Shown here piece by piece: positions 30,994 through 41,039 of a stretch of DNA of 64,000 bases (positions are counted from its first letter, which is position 1; every line of letters starts with the position of its first letter). The position numbers and the translations under genes are program-made. The stretch is from NCBI GenBank assembly GCA_035544955.1, contig DASZZN010000033.1, forward strand, positions 139,329 through 203,328, given 5' to 3'. The notes beneath the pieces are model-generated. The model searched no databases. It had not been told where the DNA came from and saw nothing but the letters and a program-made list of their open reading frames with translations. The DNA is from Candidatus Dormiibacterota bacterium. Its GTDB lineage: Bacteria > Chloroflexota > Dormibacteria > CF-121.

Positions 30994-31907
30994 TTTCGGT
31001 CGAGCAGCTCACCAAGGTCTACGGCAAGCGGACCGCGCTCGACGCGGTCTCATTCGAAGTTCCCAAAGGGGAGATCTTCGGCTTTGTCGGACCGAACGGC
31101 GCCGGGAAGACGACTACGCTGCGCATCCTTGCGGCGCTGCTGGAGCCGACCACGGGACGCGCCTTTGTCGACGGTGCCGACGTGAGCCAGCAGCCGGAGC
31201 GTGTTCACGAACGCCTTGGTTACATGCCGGACTTCTTCGGCGTCTACGATCAGCTCACCGCGGCGGAGTACCTGGATTTCTACGCCGCCTGCTACCGGCA
31301 GCCCAAAGCCCGTCGTACGAAAATCGCGAATGACCTGCTCGAGCTCGTCGGGCTGACCGACCGTCGCGATCAGCCGGTCGACACATTGTCGCGCGGGCTC
31401 AAGCAGCGGCTGTGCCTCGCACGGGCACTGGTGCACGACCCGGCCGTGTTGTTACTCGACGAGCCGGCCTCCGGGCTCGACCCGCGGGCGCGCGTCGAGA
31501 TGCGCGAGATCCTGAGAGAGTTGCAAAAAATGGGCAAGACGATCGTGATCTCGAGCCACATCCTCCCAGAGCTGACGGAGCTCTGCACCATGGTCGGCAT
31601 CATCGATCAGGGTCGGATGCGGGCGACCGGCGCCGTCCAGGACGTCATCCGACAGTTGACCAGCGGGCGACGTCTGCGCATCACGGTGCTCGGTCAGAAG
31701 GAAGAGGCCGCCGCGCTGCTCAGGCCGTTGACGATGATCCACGCGGTCAGCACGGTCAATGGCGCCATCGAGGCCGAGTACGAAGGCGACGACACAACGG
31801 CGGCCAGCATCTTGCAGACGCTGACGGCGGCGGGCATCAAGGTTTCGGGGTTCAGCCAGCTCGAGGGCGGCCTCGAAGACGCGTTCATGAGGGCGACGGA
31901 GGAATGA
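30990..31907 (+). CDS. ABC transporter ATP-binding protein (ABC-2 type)
   Basis: Walker A 'GPNGAGKTT', signature 'LSRGLKQRL', Walker B 'LLLDEPASGLD'. Confidence 0.9.
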   Translation: MISVEQLTKVYGKRTALDAVSFEVPKGEIFGFVGPNGAGKTTTLRILAALLEPTTGRAFVDGADVSQQPERVHERLGYMPDFFGVYDQLTAAEYLDFYAACYRQPKARRTKIANDLLELVGLTDRRDQPVDTLSRGLKQRLCLARALVHDPAVLLLDEPASGLDPRARVEMREILRELQKMGKTIVISSHILPELTELCTMVGIIDQGRMRATGAVQDVIRQLTSGRRLRITVLGQKEEAAALLRPLTMIHAVSTVNGAIEAEYEGDDTTAASILQTLTAAGIKVSGFSQLEGGLEDAFMRATEE

Positions 31908-32950
31908 ACCGCGTCGCGATCGCGCTGTGGAATCCCATCGTCGCCAAGGAGTACCGCTCCCGGATGCGCACCTGGCGCTCACCGCTCGCTATGACGGTTT
32001 ACATCCTCTTGCTGGGCGGCCTGGGCTGGGCGGTCTTTGCGGCGATGGCGTATTCATCGCGCAATTCGTACAACGGTGGGCAGGCCGCCAATTACGGACA
32101 AGGCTTGTTTCTCTATCTGGTGCTGTTTCAAATGGTGTTGCTCGCGTTCATCACCCCGGCCCTGACGGCCGGCGCGATCAGCAGCGAACGCGAGCGCCAG
32201 ACGATCGATTTGCTCTTCGTGACGAAGCTTCCATCGTTTGCGATTCTGTGGGGCAAGCTGCTGGCATCGATGTCCTTCGTGCTCCTGCTCTTGCTGCTCT
32301 CGGTGCCGATTTTCAGTCTGGTGTTCCTTTTCGGCGGGATCGAGCTCGACCAGGTCGCCGCGGCCTTCCTCGTCACGGCGATCAGCGCGTTGACGCTCGG
32401 CATCATCGGGATCGCCTGCTCGACGGCGTTCCGGCGCACGCTGCCGGCGACCGTCACCGCCTACGGGGCGGCCTTCATCCTGCTGGCGGGCAGCCTGCTC
32501 TTTGGGCTCCTCTTCCCGACCGACATCGATCCCAAGGCGACCGCCGCGCCGGCGCCGCCCGCCGTGACATATCTGAGTCCCCTGATTCCCCTGATTACGA
32601 TCGGGACCAACGGGCCCATCACGAATTTCGGGGTGCGCAACGGCGGCCCGCTGTACGGGACCAGTGGCAGCGGCACGACCACGTGCTCCATCACGCCCGG
32701 CGGCATGAAAAGCTGCTACCAGGTCGGCCCGACCGGACCGATCGGAAAAGGCATCATCACGGCCTACCCGGCGCAAGCCACCGGGACGGTCATCCCGAGC
32801 GGGCTCTTCACCGGCTGGCAATACTGGCAGGCGACCGTCACGTTGCAGCTCGCCATCTGTCTCGTCGCCCTCATCGTGGGTGCGATGCTGATCCCACCGA
32901 TTCGCCACCTGCCATGGCGGAGGCGCGCCCCGATAAAGGTCAAGCCATGA
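31904..32950 (+). CDS. ABC-2 family permease
   Basis: 348 aa, six hydrophobic helices, ATGA-coupled to flanking genes. Confidence 0.8.
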   Translation: MNRVAIALWNPIVAKEYRSRMRTWRSPLAMTVYILLLGGLGWAVFAAMAYSSRNSYNGGQAANYGQGLFLYLVLFQMVLLAFITPALTAGAISSERERQTIDLLFVTKLPSFAILWGKLLASMSFVLLLLLLSVPIFSLVFLFGGIELDQVAAAFLVTAISALTLGIIGIACSTAFRRTLPATVTAYGAAFILLAGSLLFGLLFPTDIDPKATAAPAPPAVTYLSPLIPLITIGTNGPITNFGVRNGGPLYGTSGSGTTTCSITPGGMKSCYQVGPTGPIGKGIITAYPAQATGTVIPSGLFTGWQYWQATVTLQLAICLVALIVGAMLIPPIRHLPWRRRAPIKVKP

Positions 32951-34575
32951 ACTCGCTCGACGCGATCATCCGCGAACTCGGACGGGCCGCGGCCCGCGCT
33001 CGAGCCACGCGCTATGGCGTGCACGCGCTGGTCGCGGCGCTCGCCTGGGTCACCCTGGTACTGGCCATCGCCCGACTCACCCCCTTTGAGGGGCGCGCAC
33101 TGGTGGCCGCCGTCGGCATCCCGGTCGTGCTGGCCATCGCGGTGCTCGCCTGGCTGATCCGCCGTCCGAGCGCGGCCGTGCTGATGCGGCTCGCCGATTT
33201 CCGGCTGGGCCTCAAGGAGCGGCTCTCGACGGCCTGGGAGCGGCGGACCGAATCCGGCCCGCTAGACGATGTGCAGCGGGGCGATGCCCTGCGGCAGGCC
33301 GCGGGCGCCCGGCTCGGGACGGCATTTCCCGTGCGGGTGAACCGAGGCGAGGCCTCGCTGATTGCCGTCCTCGCGATCTTTTCGCTGGCGCTCGCGCTGC
33401 TCCCCAACCCGATGGACCAGGTCCTGGCGCAGCGCCAGGCCGACCGCCTGAGCCAGGCGCGCGCCGCCAAGGCCCTGCAGACGGCGCAGAAAAAAATCGC
33501 CGACAGTCCGAAACCGACGCCGGTGGACCCGCAGGTGCAGAAGATCCTCAAGGATGCCGCCGCCAAGATTCAACAGGCCGACAGCCCCCGCAAGGCCCTC
33601 GAATCGATCACGCCGGCCGAACAGCAACTCCAGAGTCTGACCGACCCCGGGACGCCGGCCCTGAGCAGCAGTGCGCAGAACCTCGCCAATGCCTTGAGCG
33701 CGACGGCGGCCGGCAAGAGCGCCGCCCAGGCGATCGCCAGCAGCCCGGCCAAGGGGGCACAGTCCGTGCGCGACCTCGCCTCGCAACTGCAGAACCTCTC
33801 GCCCAAAGATCGCGAGGAGCTGGCGAAGGCGCTCGCGAAGGCCTCCCAGCAGGCGCAAAACAGCCAGATGCGCGACTCGTTGAGCAAGGCCTCGTCCTCG
33901 TTGAAGAGCGGCGACACGACCTCGGCGGCCCAGGCCCTCAATGACGTCGCGAGTCAGCTGGACTCCCTCCAGCAGCAGCAGAACACCGACCAGGCAGTCG
34001 CCTCGGCGATCAACGGGCTGGAGTCCGCCCGTCAGGAGCTCGCCACCCAGGCGGACCGCGACGCGAAAGGCCAGGGGGCGCAGGCGAACGCGGGTAGCAG
34101 CGCATCGCCGGGCGCAAGTCCCGGGGCCGGTGCCAGCGCGAGCGGTAGCGGCACGGGGACGGGCACGGGGACCGGCACGGGCACAGGGACAGGCACCGGG
34201 ACCGGGACCGGCACCGGGACCGGGACCGGCACCGGCACTGGGACGGGCACAGGGACCGGCACCGGCAGCGGTGGGTCCGGCGGTTCCGGCGGCACCGGCT
34301 CCAATGGCTCGGGAACCGGCGGCGGTTCCGGAGCGGCGAGCACCGAGCGCGTCTACGTGCCCGGCCAGCCGGTGCCCGGTCAGTCGCAGAACGATCCCAC
34401 GCCGCTTGGCCCGGGACAGGATGTGCCGCTGAGCCCCTACAGCCAGGTGATCCAGGCCTACCAGCAAGCGGCGCTCGACGCCACGGAGCAGAGCCTGATC
34501 CCCGGCAGTGAGCGCGACCTCGTACGCCAGTATTTCTCGCAGCTCGGTGAGCAGAGTGCGGCCGGCCCCCGGTAA
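32947..34575 (+). CDS. membrane-anchored coiled-coil protein with (Gly-Thr)17 repeat
   Basis: Two N-terminal TM helices, Ala/Gln/Ser-rich low-complexity segment, perfect (GT)17 dipeptide repeat then Gly/Ser linker and a conserved-looking C-terminal ~60 aa. Confidence 0.7.
   Translation: MNSLDAIIRELGRAAARARATRYGVHALVAALAWVTLVLAIARLTPFEGRALVAAVGIPVVLAIAVLAWLIRRPSAAVLMRLADFRLGLKERLSTAWERRTESGPLDDVQRGDALRQAAGARLGTAFPVRVNRGEASLIAVLAIFSLALALLPNPMDQVLAQRQADRLSQARAAKALQTAQKKIADSPKPTPVDPQVQKILKDAAAKIQQADSPRKALESITPAEQQLQSLTDPGTPALSSSAQNLANALSATAAGKSAAQAIASSPAKGAQSVRDLASQLQNLSPKDREELAKALAKASQQAQNSQMRDSLSKASSSLKSGDTTSAAQALNDVASQLDSLQQQQNTDQAVASAINGLESARQELATQADRDAKGQGAQANAGSSASPGASPGAGASASGSGTGTGTGTGTGTGTGTGTGTGTGTGTGTGTGTGTGTGTGSGGSGGSGGTGSNGSGTGGGSGAASTERVYVPGQPVPGQSQNDPTPLGPGQDVPLSPYSQVIQAYQQAALDATEQSLIPGSERDLVRQYFSQLGEQSAAGPR
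34150..34267 (+). repeat. imperfect hexanucleotide tandem repeat (GGSACS)n encoding (Gly-Thr)17
   Basis: ggcacgggg acgggcacg ... accggcacc, read directly; the minus-strand 'PVPVPV' ORF is its mirror image. Confidence 0.85.
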
Positions 34576-34602
34576 GGCGCCGTCGCCGCTCGAGGGAGGA
34601 TC

Positions 34603-35601
34603 ATGATCGCCGAAGAACCGCGCATCGACGCCGCCAGGGTGACCGAACTGGCCCAATCCCTCGAGACCGAGCTGGCCCGTCTCATCGTGGGACAGCAGGC
34701 ACTGCTTCGCGACACCGTCATCGCCCTAATCGCCAACGGCCATGTCCTGCTCGAAGGCGTGCCGGGTCTGGGCAAGACCGTACTCGTCCGATCGCTGGGC
34801 GAGGCGCTCTCGATGAGCTTTTCCCGCGTCCAGTTCACGCCGGACCTGATGCCCGCCGACATCGTGGGGACCAACGTCATCGGCGACGAGGCCGGCCGGC
34901 GGGAGTTCCACTACCAGGCCGGACCCATCTTCGCGAATCTCGTCTTGGCCGACGAGATCAACCGTGCCACGCCGAAGACGCAAAGCGCACTGCTGGAAGC
35001 GATGCAGGAACGCACCGTCACCGTCGGCACCCAGACCCGCCCGTTGCCGTCGCCGTTTTTCGTCCTCGCCACCCAAAACCCGATCGAGCTCGAAGGGACC
35101 TACCCGCTGCCTGAAGCGCAGCTGGATCGGTTTTTCTTCAAGGTCCTGGTGCCCTTCCCCAGCGAGCGCGACCTGCTCGAGATTGCGCGGCGTACCACCG
35201 GCGGGTCGACGCCGAAGCTTCGCCCGGTCGCCGATGCCGAAACCGTCCTTGCGGCACAACGGGTGGCACGCGAGGTGCCGATCGCCGAGCACGTGCTGTT
35301 GTATGCCGCCCGCCTGATCGGCGCAACCCACCCCGACCGTACCGAGCTCGACAGCGTGCGCCGCTACGTCCGCTGGGGCGCCAGCCCCCGCGGCCTGCAG
35401 ACCATGGTGCTTGGCGCCAAGGTGCGGGCGCTGCTCGAGGGACGCTACAACGTCGCCTTCGACGACCTCAGCGCCGTCGCCCAGCCGGCGTTGCGACACC
35501 GGATCTTTCTGCAGTTCGAGGCCGAGGCCGACGGGATGACCGCGGACCGTCTCATCAGCGAGATCCTGGAGCACACCGTCAAGGAACCGGCGAAGGCCTA
35601 G
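34603..35601 (+). CDS. MoxR-family AAA+ ATPase
   Basis: Walker A 'GVPGLGKT', Walker B 'LVLADEINRATPKTQSALLEAMQE', sensor regions. Confidence 0.9.
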   Translation: MIAEEPRIDAARVTELAQSLETELARLIVGQQALLRDTVIALIANGHVLLEGVPGLGKTVLVRSLGEALSMSFSRVQFTPDLMPADIVGTNVIGDEAGRREFHYQAGPIFANLVLADEINRATPKTQSALLEAMQERTVTVGTQTRPLPSPFFVLATQNPIELEGTYPLPEAQLDRFFFKVLVPFPSERDLLEIARRTTGGSTPKLRPVADAETVLAAQRVAREVPIAEHVLLYAARLIGATHPDRTELDSVRRYVRWGASPRGLQTMVLGAKVRALLEGRYNVAFDDLSAVAQPALRHRIFLQFEAEADGMTADRLISEILEHTVKEPAKA

Positions 35602-35603
35602 CC

Positions 35604-36482
35604 GTGACGCCGGCCGTCCTCCTGGAGCCCGCCCTGCTTCGCCGTCTCGAAGGCCTTGCGCTCCAGGTCCGGCGCGCCGTCAGCGGGCAAATGAGTGGCG
35701 AACGGCGCTCACGCCGCCGCGGCCAGTCTGTCGAATTCGCGGATTTTCGCAACTACACCGCCGGCGACGACTTTCGGCTGATCGATTGGAACGCGTATGC
35801 CCGACTCGACCGGTTCATGCTGCGCCTCTTCGTCGCTGAAGAAGAGTTGCCCCTGAGCCTATTCGTCGATCTCAGCGGGTCGATGGACTGGGGCAAACCG
35901 AACAAAGCCGAGGCGGCGAGGCAGCTGGCCGGTGCCATCGCCTACGTCGCCCTGGCGGCGTTGGACCGCGTGCGGCTGACGGTCTTTGCGGACGGCCCGA
36001 CGTCCGGTGGAGCACCCTACCGCGGCCGGCGCGCCGCCGCGGAACTGTTCGCCCGGCTGCAATCGCTGCCGGCGGGCGGCGTCACGAACTATCAGAAGCT
36101 GGTCTGGCCGATTGGCCGGCAGCGGCCGGGCATGAGCGTGCTCATCAGCGACGGCCTCGGCGAGACGTCGATGGATCCGGCGCTGATGGCGTTGCAGCGC
36201 GCACAGCAGGAAGGCGCGGTCCTGCAGCTGCTTGCCCCACAGGAGCTGACGCCGGACTGGTCAGGCGATGCCCGCCTGAAGGACGCCGAGACCGGGCTGG
36301 AGCGGGAGTTTACCGCCACGCCGCTGACCCAGGGCAGCTACCTGCGTGCGCTGGCCCAGCGCACGGATGATATCGAGCGGGCCGCCCGTCGGCGGGGCCT
36401 GCGCTTCGCTCGCCTGTCGACGGCAGAACCCATCGACGAGATGGTGCAGATCACGCTGCGCCGCCTCGGGCTGCTCGGATGA
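35604..36482 (+). CDS. DUF58-domain protein (MoxR partner, VWA-like)
   Basis: 'FADFRNYTAGDDFRLIDWNAYARLDR' DUF58 signature; immediately downstream of MoxR. Confidence 0.8.
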   Translation: MTPAVLLEPALLRRLEGLALQVRRAVSGQMSGERRSRRRGQSVEFADFRNYTAGDDFRLIDWNAYARLDRFMLRLFVAEEELPLSLFVDLSGSMDWGKPNKAEAARQLAGAIAYVALAALDRVRLTVFADGPTSGGAPYRGRRAAAELFARLQSLPAGGVTNYQKLVWPIGRQRPGMSVLISDGLGETSMDPALMALQRAQQEGAVLQLLAPQELTPDWSGDARLKDAETGLEREFTATPLTQGSYLRALAQRTDDIERAARRRGLRFARLSTAEPIDEMVQITLRRLGLLG

Positions 36483-38302
36483 GCTTCCTCGCCCCGGCGG
36501 CCGCGATCCTGGCGCTGACGCTCCCGGCCATCGTCGCGTTGTATTTCTTAAAGATCCGGCGGCCGACGCGGATCGTGCCCGCGCTGCATCTGTGGCCCGA
36601 TCAGATCCGCGACCGCCAGGCCAACGTCCCCTGGCAACGGCTTCGTCCCAGCTGGCTGCTATTTCTCCAGTTGCTCGCCGCCGCGGTCCTGGTGGCGGCG
36701 GCCGTCCAGCCGGCGCTCCCCGCCGGCGCCGCGCTGGCCCGCCACAGCATCGTGCTGCTCGACGCGTCGGCATCGATGCAGGCGACCGACGTCGCGCCGT
36801 CGCGCCTCGAGGAGGCGAAGCACCAGGTCAATGCCATCATCGACCAGCTCGGGCCACAGGACCGAATGACGGTGATCGCCGTCGGGCCCGCCGCCCGCAT
36901 CGTCGCTTCTGTCACTGGCGACCGGGACACGCTGCATCGCGCGGTCAACGCCGTCCCGGCGAGCAATGGCGCGGCGGACTTATCAGCTGCTTTGGCGCTG
37001 GCCGCGGGCCTGGTCCGCGCGGGCGACGACGCCCGCGCCTACCTGTTCGCCGACGGCATCGTCCAGCCGCTGCGCGCGTCGTTCGCGGCCGGCCTGCCGT
37101 TTCCCGTCGAGTACCATCGGGTCGGCGTCTCGGGGGAAAACGTCGGGCTGACGTCGCTAACGGTCCGGACCAGCGCACAGTTGCGAGCCGCCTATCTGCA
37201 CGTGCAGAACTTCGGTCAGCAGCCGCGCTCGGTCACCGTCGAGTGGCGGGCCGACGGCCACCTGCTCGATGTGCGGCCATTGACGCTCGCGGCCGCCCAG
37301 GCGCAGGACCTGGTCCTCCCAGTTCCGAGCGACGCGACGTCGGTCTCCGCGCACCTCGCCGGCAACGACATCTTCGCGCTCGACGACGGCGCGACCGCGG
37401 TCGCCAGCACGCCCCGCGCCTTCCGCGTCCAGCTGGTGACCCCAGGCAACGTCTTCCTCGAGCAGGCGCTCCGCCTGCGCACCGACCTCCAGATCGATGT
37501 CATCGTCCCGGCGGCCTACCGGGCGAGCGCCGCCTATGCTCTGACCGTTTTCGACCGCTTCTCGCCGCCGCTGCTGCCCGACGGCCCGTTCGTCATGGTC
37601 GATCCGCCGTCGGGGTCGGTGCTGGCCGGCGGGCAACCGATCGGCGTCGGGCGCGTCCGTGCCGTCGACGCCGGCGATCCCCTGCTGGCCAATGTCGACC
37701 TGCAGGACGTCCATGTCGCCCGCAGCCAGGACTTGAGCAGCTCGACATTCGGCCGGCCGCTGATCAGCAGCCTGCAGACGCCCCTGGTCCTCGTCCGCGA
37801 CGAGCCGTTTCGTCAGGTGCTGGTCGGTTTCGATCTGCACGAGTCCGACCTCCCGCTGCGCATCGCGTTTCCGATCCTGGTCCAGAACCTGAGTGAGTGG
37901 CTGCTGCCCCCGAGCGTCCCCAGCCACAGCTTCCATCCGGACGAACCCGTCACCATCGTGCCCGAGGCGGGTGCAACGTCGGTGACCGTGGTCCGGCCGG
38001 ACGGCAGCCGCCGGCCCATCGCGACCGCGTCCATTGCGACCTTCGGCGAAACCGACCAGACGGGCCTCTACACCGTCGAACAGGTCGTCGCCGGCAAGGT
38101 GGACCGCTCCTGGTTCAGCGTGAATTTGTTTTCTGATCCGATTTCGCAGCTCAAGCCACCCGACCGGCTGACGCTGCCGCCGACGAGGACGACCGTGGTG
38201 CAGGCGACCCATCGCGGCCAGCTCGAGATCTGGCCGTGGATCGCGCTCGCGGCGCTTGCCGTCGTGACGGCCGAATGGCTGGCCTTCCACCGTGGGCTTT
38301 GA
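36479..38302 (+). CDS. BatA-like membrane protein (BatA N-terminal domain + VWA)
   Basis: 'LTLPAIVALYFLKIRRP' aerotolerance-regulator N-domain, MIDAS 'VLLDASASM', C-terminal TM. Confidence 0.8.
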   Translation: MSFLAPAAAILALTLPAIVALYFLKIRRPTRIVPALHLWPDQIRDRQANVPWQRLRPSWLLFLQLLAAAVLVAAAVQPALPAGAALARHSIVLLDASASMQATDVAPSRLEEAKHQVNAIIDQLGPQDRMTVIAVGPAARIVASVTGDRDTLHRAVNAVPASNGAADLSAALALAAGLVRAGDDARAYLFADGIVQPLRASFAAGLPFPVEYHRVGVSGENVGLTSLTVRTSAQLRAAYLHVQNFGQQPRSVTVEWRADGHLLDVRPLTLAAAQAQDLVLPVPSDATSVSAHLAGNDIFALDDGATAVASTPRAFRVQLVTPGNVFLEQALRLRTDLQIDVIVPAAYRASAAYALTVFDRFSPPLLPDGPFVMVDPPSGSVLAGGQPIGVGRVRAVDAGDPLLANVDLQDVHVARSQDLSSSTFGRPLISSLQTPLVLVRDEPFRQVLVGFDLHESDLPLRIAFPILVQNLSEWLLPPSVPSHSFHPDEPVTIVPEAGATSVTVVRPDGSRRPIATASIATFGETDQTGLYTVEQVVAGKVDRSWFSVNLFSDPISQLKPPDRLTLPPTRTTVVQATHRGQLEIWPWIALAALAVVTAEWLAFHRGL

Positions 38303-40997
38303 TGTAAGCCGCCCCCTGCTGCTGGGGGCGGGCGTGCTGGCGCTGGTCATCATCGTCGCGATCTGGCGCTTCTTTCCGCCGCCATTACCGCCGCGGCGTG
38401 CGCGCATCTCGTTGGGGCTCCGCACCCTGATCGTGCTGCTGCTGACGGCCGCCCTCGCGGGCTTGCAGGTCCAGACGACGCCGGCGGCCCAATCGCTGCT
38501 GGTCGTGGCGGATCTTTCGGCAAGCGTGCAGAGCGCGTTGGACAGCGAAGCCGCCACCGTGCGACGCATCCTGCAACAGCGACAGGGCGACAACCGCGCC
38601 GGGGTCCTGAGCTTCGGTCGCGATCCTCAAGTGGAAGTGAACGTCAGTAAGGACCCGCAGTTCGGCGAGTTCCAGAGCCAACCCAACCCGCATTACACGG
38701 ACATCGCCGCGGCGCTCCAACTCGGCGGATCGATCCTCCCGGATGACAGCCGGCGGCACATCGTGCTGATCAGCGATGGGCGCGCGAACCTCGGCGACGC
38801 GGTCGGCGAGGCGCGCCTGCTCCGTGCGGAGGGGGTTCGGGTCGATACCGTTGCGCTGCCGGTGCCACTCGGCGCCGAGGCCTACGTCGATCGCCTCGAC
38901 GCGCCGCGTACCCTGACCCAGGGCCAGCAGGCCGATGCGCAGGCGCTGATCGTCAGCAACACGGCCACGCCGGCAACCGTCCGCTGGTACCTCGATCGCA
39001 CGCTGGTCAACACGGTGCAGCTCAACCTCCCGGTGGGTGAGACGACGGTCAAACAGACCGTCAAGCCGGCCGAGCCCGGATTCCACGCCGTTCGAATCGT
39101 GATCGATCCGGTGCGCGATACGTACGCCGAGAACAATCTCGGCGAGGCGCTGATCCAGGTGGTCGGACCGCCACGCGTCCTGCTCGTCGAAAACACGCTG
39201 GGCGAGGCAGCCAGCCTCGAGGCGGCGCTGCATTCGACGGGGATCGGCACCGCGGTCGTCACCCCTGACCAGTTGCCCCGCTCGGCCGCGGACCTCGCCG
39301 CCTACCAGGCCGTGGTCCTCGTCAACATTCCGGCGACGAGCCTGGGCGTCGACGGCATGGCGCTCTTGCAGGCATCCGTCCGCGACCTTGGCACGGGCCT
39401 GGTCGTCATCGGCGGCACGGAGAGCTACGGTCCCGGCGGATATGCCGGCACGACGTTGGAAACGGCACTTCCGGTCCAGATCCAGCTCCCGCTGGACATG
39501 CAGAAACCGCCGGTGGCGGTCGTCCTCGTGTTGGAATCAACAGAGAGTGGCCAGGGTGACCAGATTCTGCGTGGGGCGGCCGAGTCCGTCGTCGACCAGC
39601 TCACCCCGCGCGACAGCGTCGGCGTCACCGACGGCGGGATGGGCATGGTCATCCCGCTCGCCCCGCTGACGGACAAGGCCGCGGTCAAGCGCAAGATCGA
39701 GGCGCTGGGCCTCGGCGACCCGATGAGCTACGCCCCCGACCTGGGCGCGGCCGACCAGGCGCTGACCAAGACGAAGGCGGCCATCAAGCACGTCATTCTC
39801 TTTGGCGATGGCGACACCTTCGACCGCAACTATCAATCCGCGATCACCGCGATGTACAGCCGCGGAATCACGGTGTCGACCGTCGCGATCGCGGCCAACG
39901 CGACCGATGCGTCCGCGATGCAGTCGATGGCCGGCTGGGGACACGGCCGCTTCTATCAGAGCAACAGCCTGCAAGACGTGCCGCAGATCTTCTTGAAAGA
40001 GACGCGCGAGGCCCTCAAGCCCTGGATCGTCGAAGGACAAATCGCGCCACAGCTCGCGTCGCTGGCGGACGTGATTCCCGGGGTACCCCTCGACAGTTTT
40101 CCGACGATATCGGGCTACGTAGCGACCACGCCGCGGGCCGCCGCGGACATCGTGCTGAAGAGTCCCCAGGGCGATCCCTTGCTGGCGACCTGGCAGTACG
40201 GCCTGGGCCGGGTGCTGGCCTGGACCAGCGATGCGCAAGGCCGGTGGACGGCGGGCCTGCTGCAATGGCCGTCCGCCAATCGCTTCTTCGGGGATATCGT
40301 CCATGCGAGCCTGCCGCAGGCCGGCGACCCCGCGCTGCAGATCGAGACCCGGGTCCAGGGCGACCACACGCACCTGCTGGTGACCGCGCCGACGACCTCC
40401 GGCGCCACGGTGACGGTCAACGCCGTCACGCCCGACCTCGCCGGTGCCAGCCTGACGCTGTCGCCCACCGGCCCAGGCCGCTTCGAGGGCGACCTGCCCA
40501 CCGACCAGGTTGGCAGCTACCTGCTCCACGTGAGTGAGTCGGCCGGCGGCGTGGTTCGACACACGACGACGAGCGGGCTGGTGGTTCCCTATTCGCCCGA
40601 GTACCGAGACCTTGGCACCAACGTCGCTACGCTGACCGCGATCGCGCAGGCCGGGGGCGGCGTCGTGCTCTCGGACGTTTCGCAGGCATTCCGCCTCCCG
40701 GTACCGAGCGTGCATGCCGCCCAGCCGATCAGCGAGCTCCTGCTCGTGCTCGCGATCCTGCTCTTCCCGATCGACGTCGCCCTGCGGCGGCTCATCTTCC
40801 GGCTGGAAGACATGCCGGCCTGGCGCAAAGCGCTGCAGCGAGCGCCGGCGCCCGCCGTTCCCGCCGAGGCGACCGTGACACGGCTCCGGGAACGCGTCGA
40901 GGGCGTCCGCGCCGCCAGGGCGGCGCAACCCCGACCGCCCAAGAAACCCCCGGATGATCCCACCGGCGAGCTGCTGTCCCGCCGGCGCCGGCGTTGA
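38292..40997 (+). CDS. large VWA-domain membrane protein (BatB-like, 901 aa)
   Basis: N-terminal TM pair, MIDAS 'VVADLSASV', second VWA-like block 'VLVLESTESGQGD', C-terminal TM and basic tail. Confidence 0.8.
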   Translation: MGFDVSRPLLLGAGVLALVIIVAIWRFFPPPLPPRRARISLGLRTLIVLLLTAALAGLQVQTTPAAQSLLVVADLSASVQSALDSEAATVRRILQQRQGDNRAGVLSFGRDPQVEVNVSKDPQFGEFQSQPNPHYTDIAAALQLGGSILPDDSRRHIVLISDGRANLGDAVGEARLLRAEGVRVDTVALPVPLGAEAYVDRLDAPRTLTQGQQADAQALIVSNTATPATVRWYLDRTLVNTVQLNLPVGETTVKQTVKPAEPGFHAVRIVIDPVRDTYAENNLGEALIQVVGPPRVLLVENTLGEAASLEAALHSTGIGTAVVTPDQLPRSAADLAAYQAVVLVNIPATSLGVDGMALLQASVRDLGTGLVVIGGTESYGPGGYAGTTLETALPVQIQLPLDMQKPPVAVVLVLESTESGQGDQILRGAAESVVDQLTPRDSVGVTDGGMGMVIPLAPLTDKAAVKRKIEALGLGDPMSYAPDLGAADQALTKTKAAIKHVILFGDGDTFDRNYQSAITAMYSRGITVSTVAIAANATDASAMQSMAGWGHGRFYQSNSLQDVPQIFLKETREALKPWIVEGQIAPQLASLADVIPGVPLDSFPTISGYVATTPRAAADIVLKSPQGDPLLATWQYGLGRVLAWTSDAQGRWTAGLLQWPSANRFFGDIVHASLPQAGDPALQIETRVQGDHTHLLVTAPTTSGATVTVNAVTPDLAGASLTLSPTGPGRFEGDLPTDQVGSYLLHVSESAGGVVRHTTTSGLVVPYSPEYRDLGTNVATLTAIAQAGGGVVLSDVSQAFRLPVPSVHAAQPISELLLVLAILLFPIDVALRRLIFRLEDMPAWRKALQRAPAPAVPAEATVTRLRERVEGVRAARAAQPRPPKKPPDDPTGELLSRRRRR

Positions 40998-41039
40998 TTC
41001 TTAGGCTGCGTTTATGAGCAGAACGTAAACTAGGCCTCG

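Noticed and set aside
34032-34343. ORF encoding a PVPVPVPV... repeat on the minus strand
   Set aside because: Mirror translation of the (GGSACS)n array that encodes (GT)17 in the + strand operon gene; no independent support.
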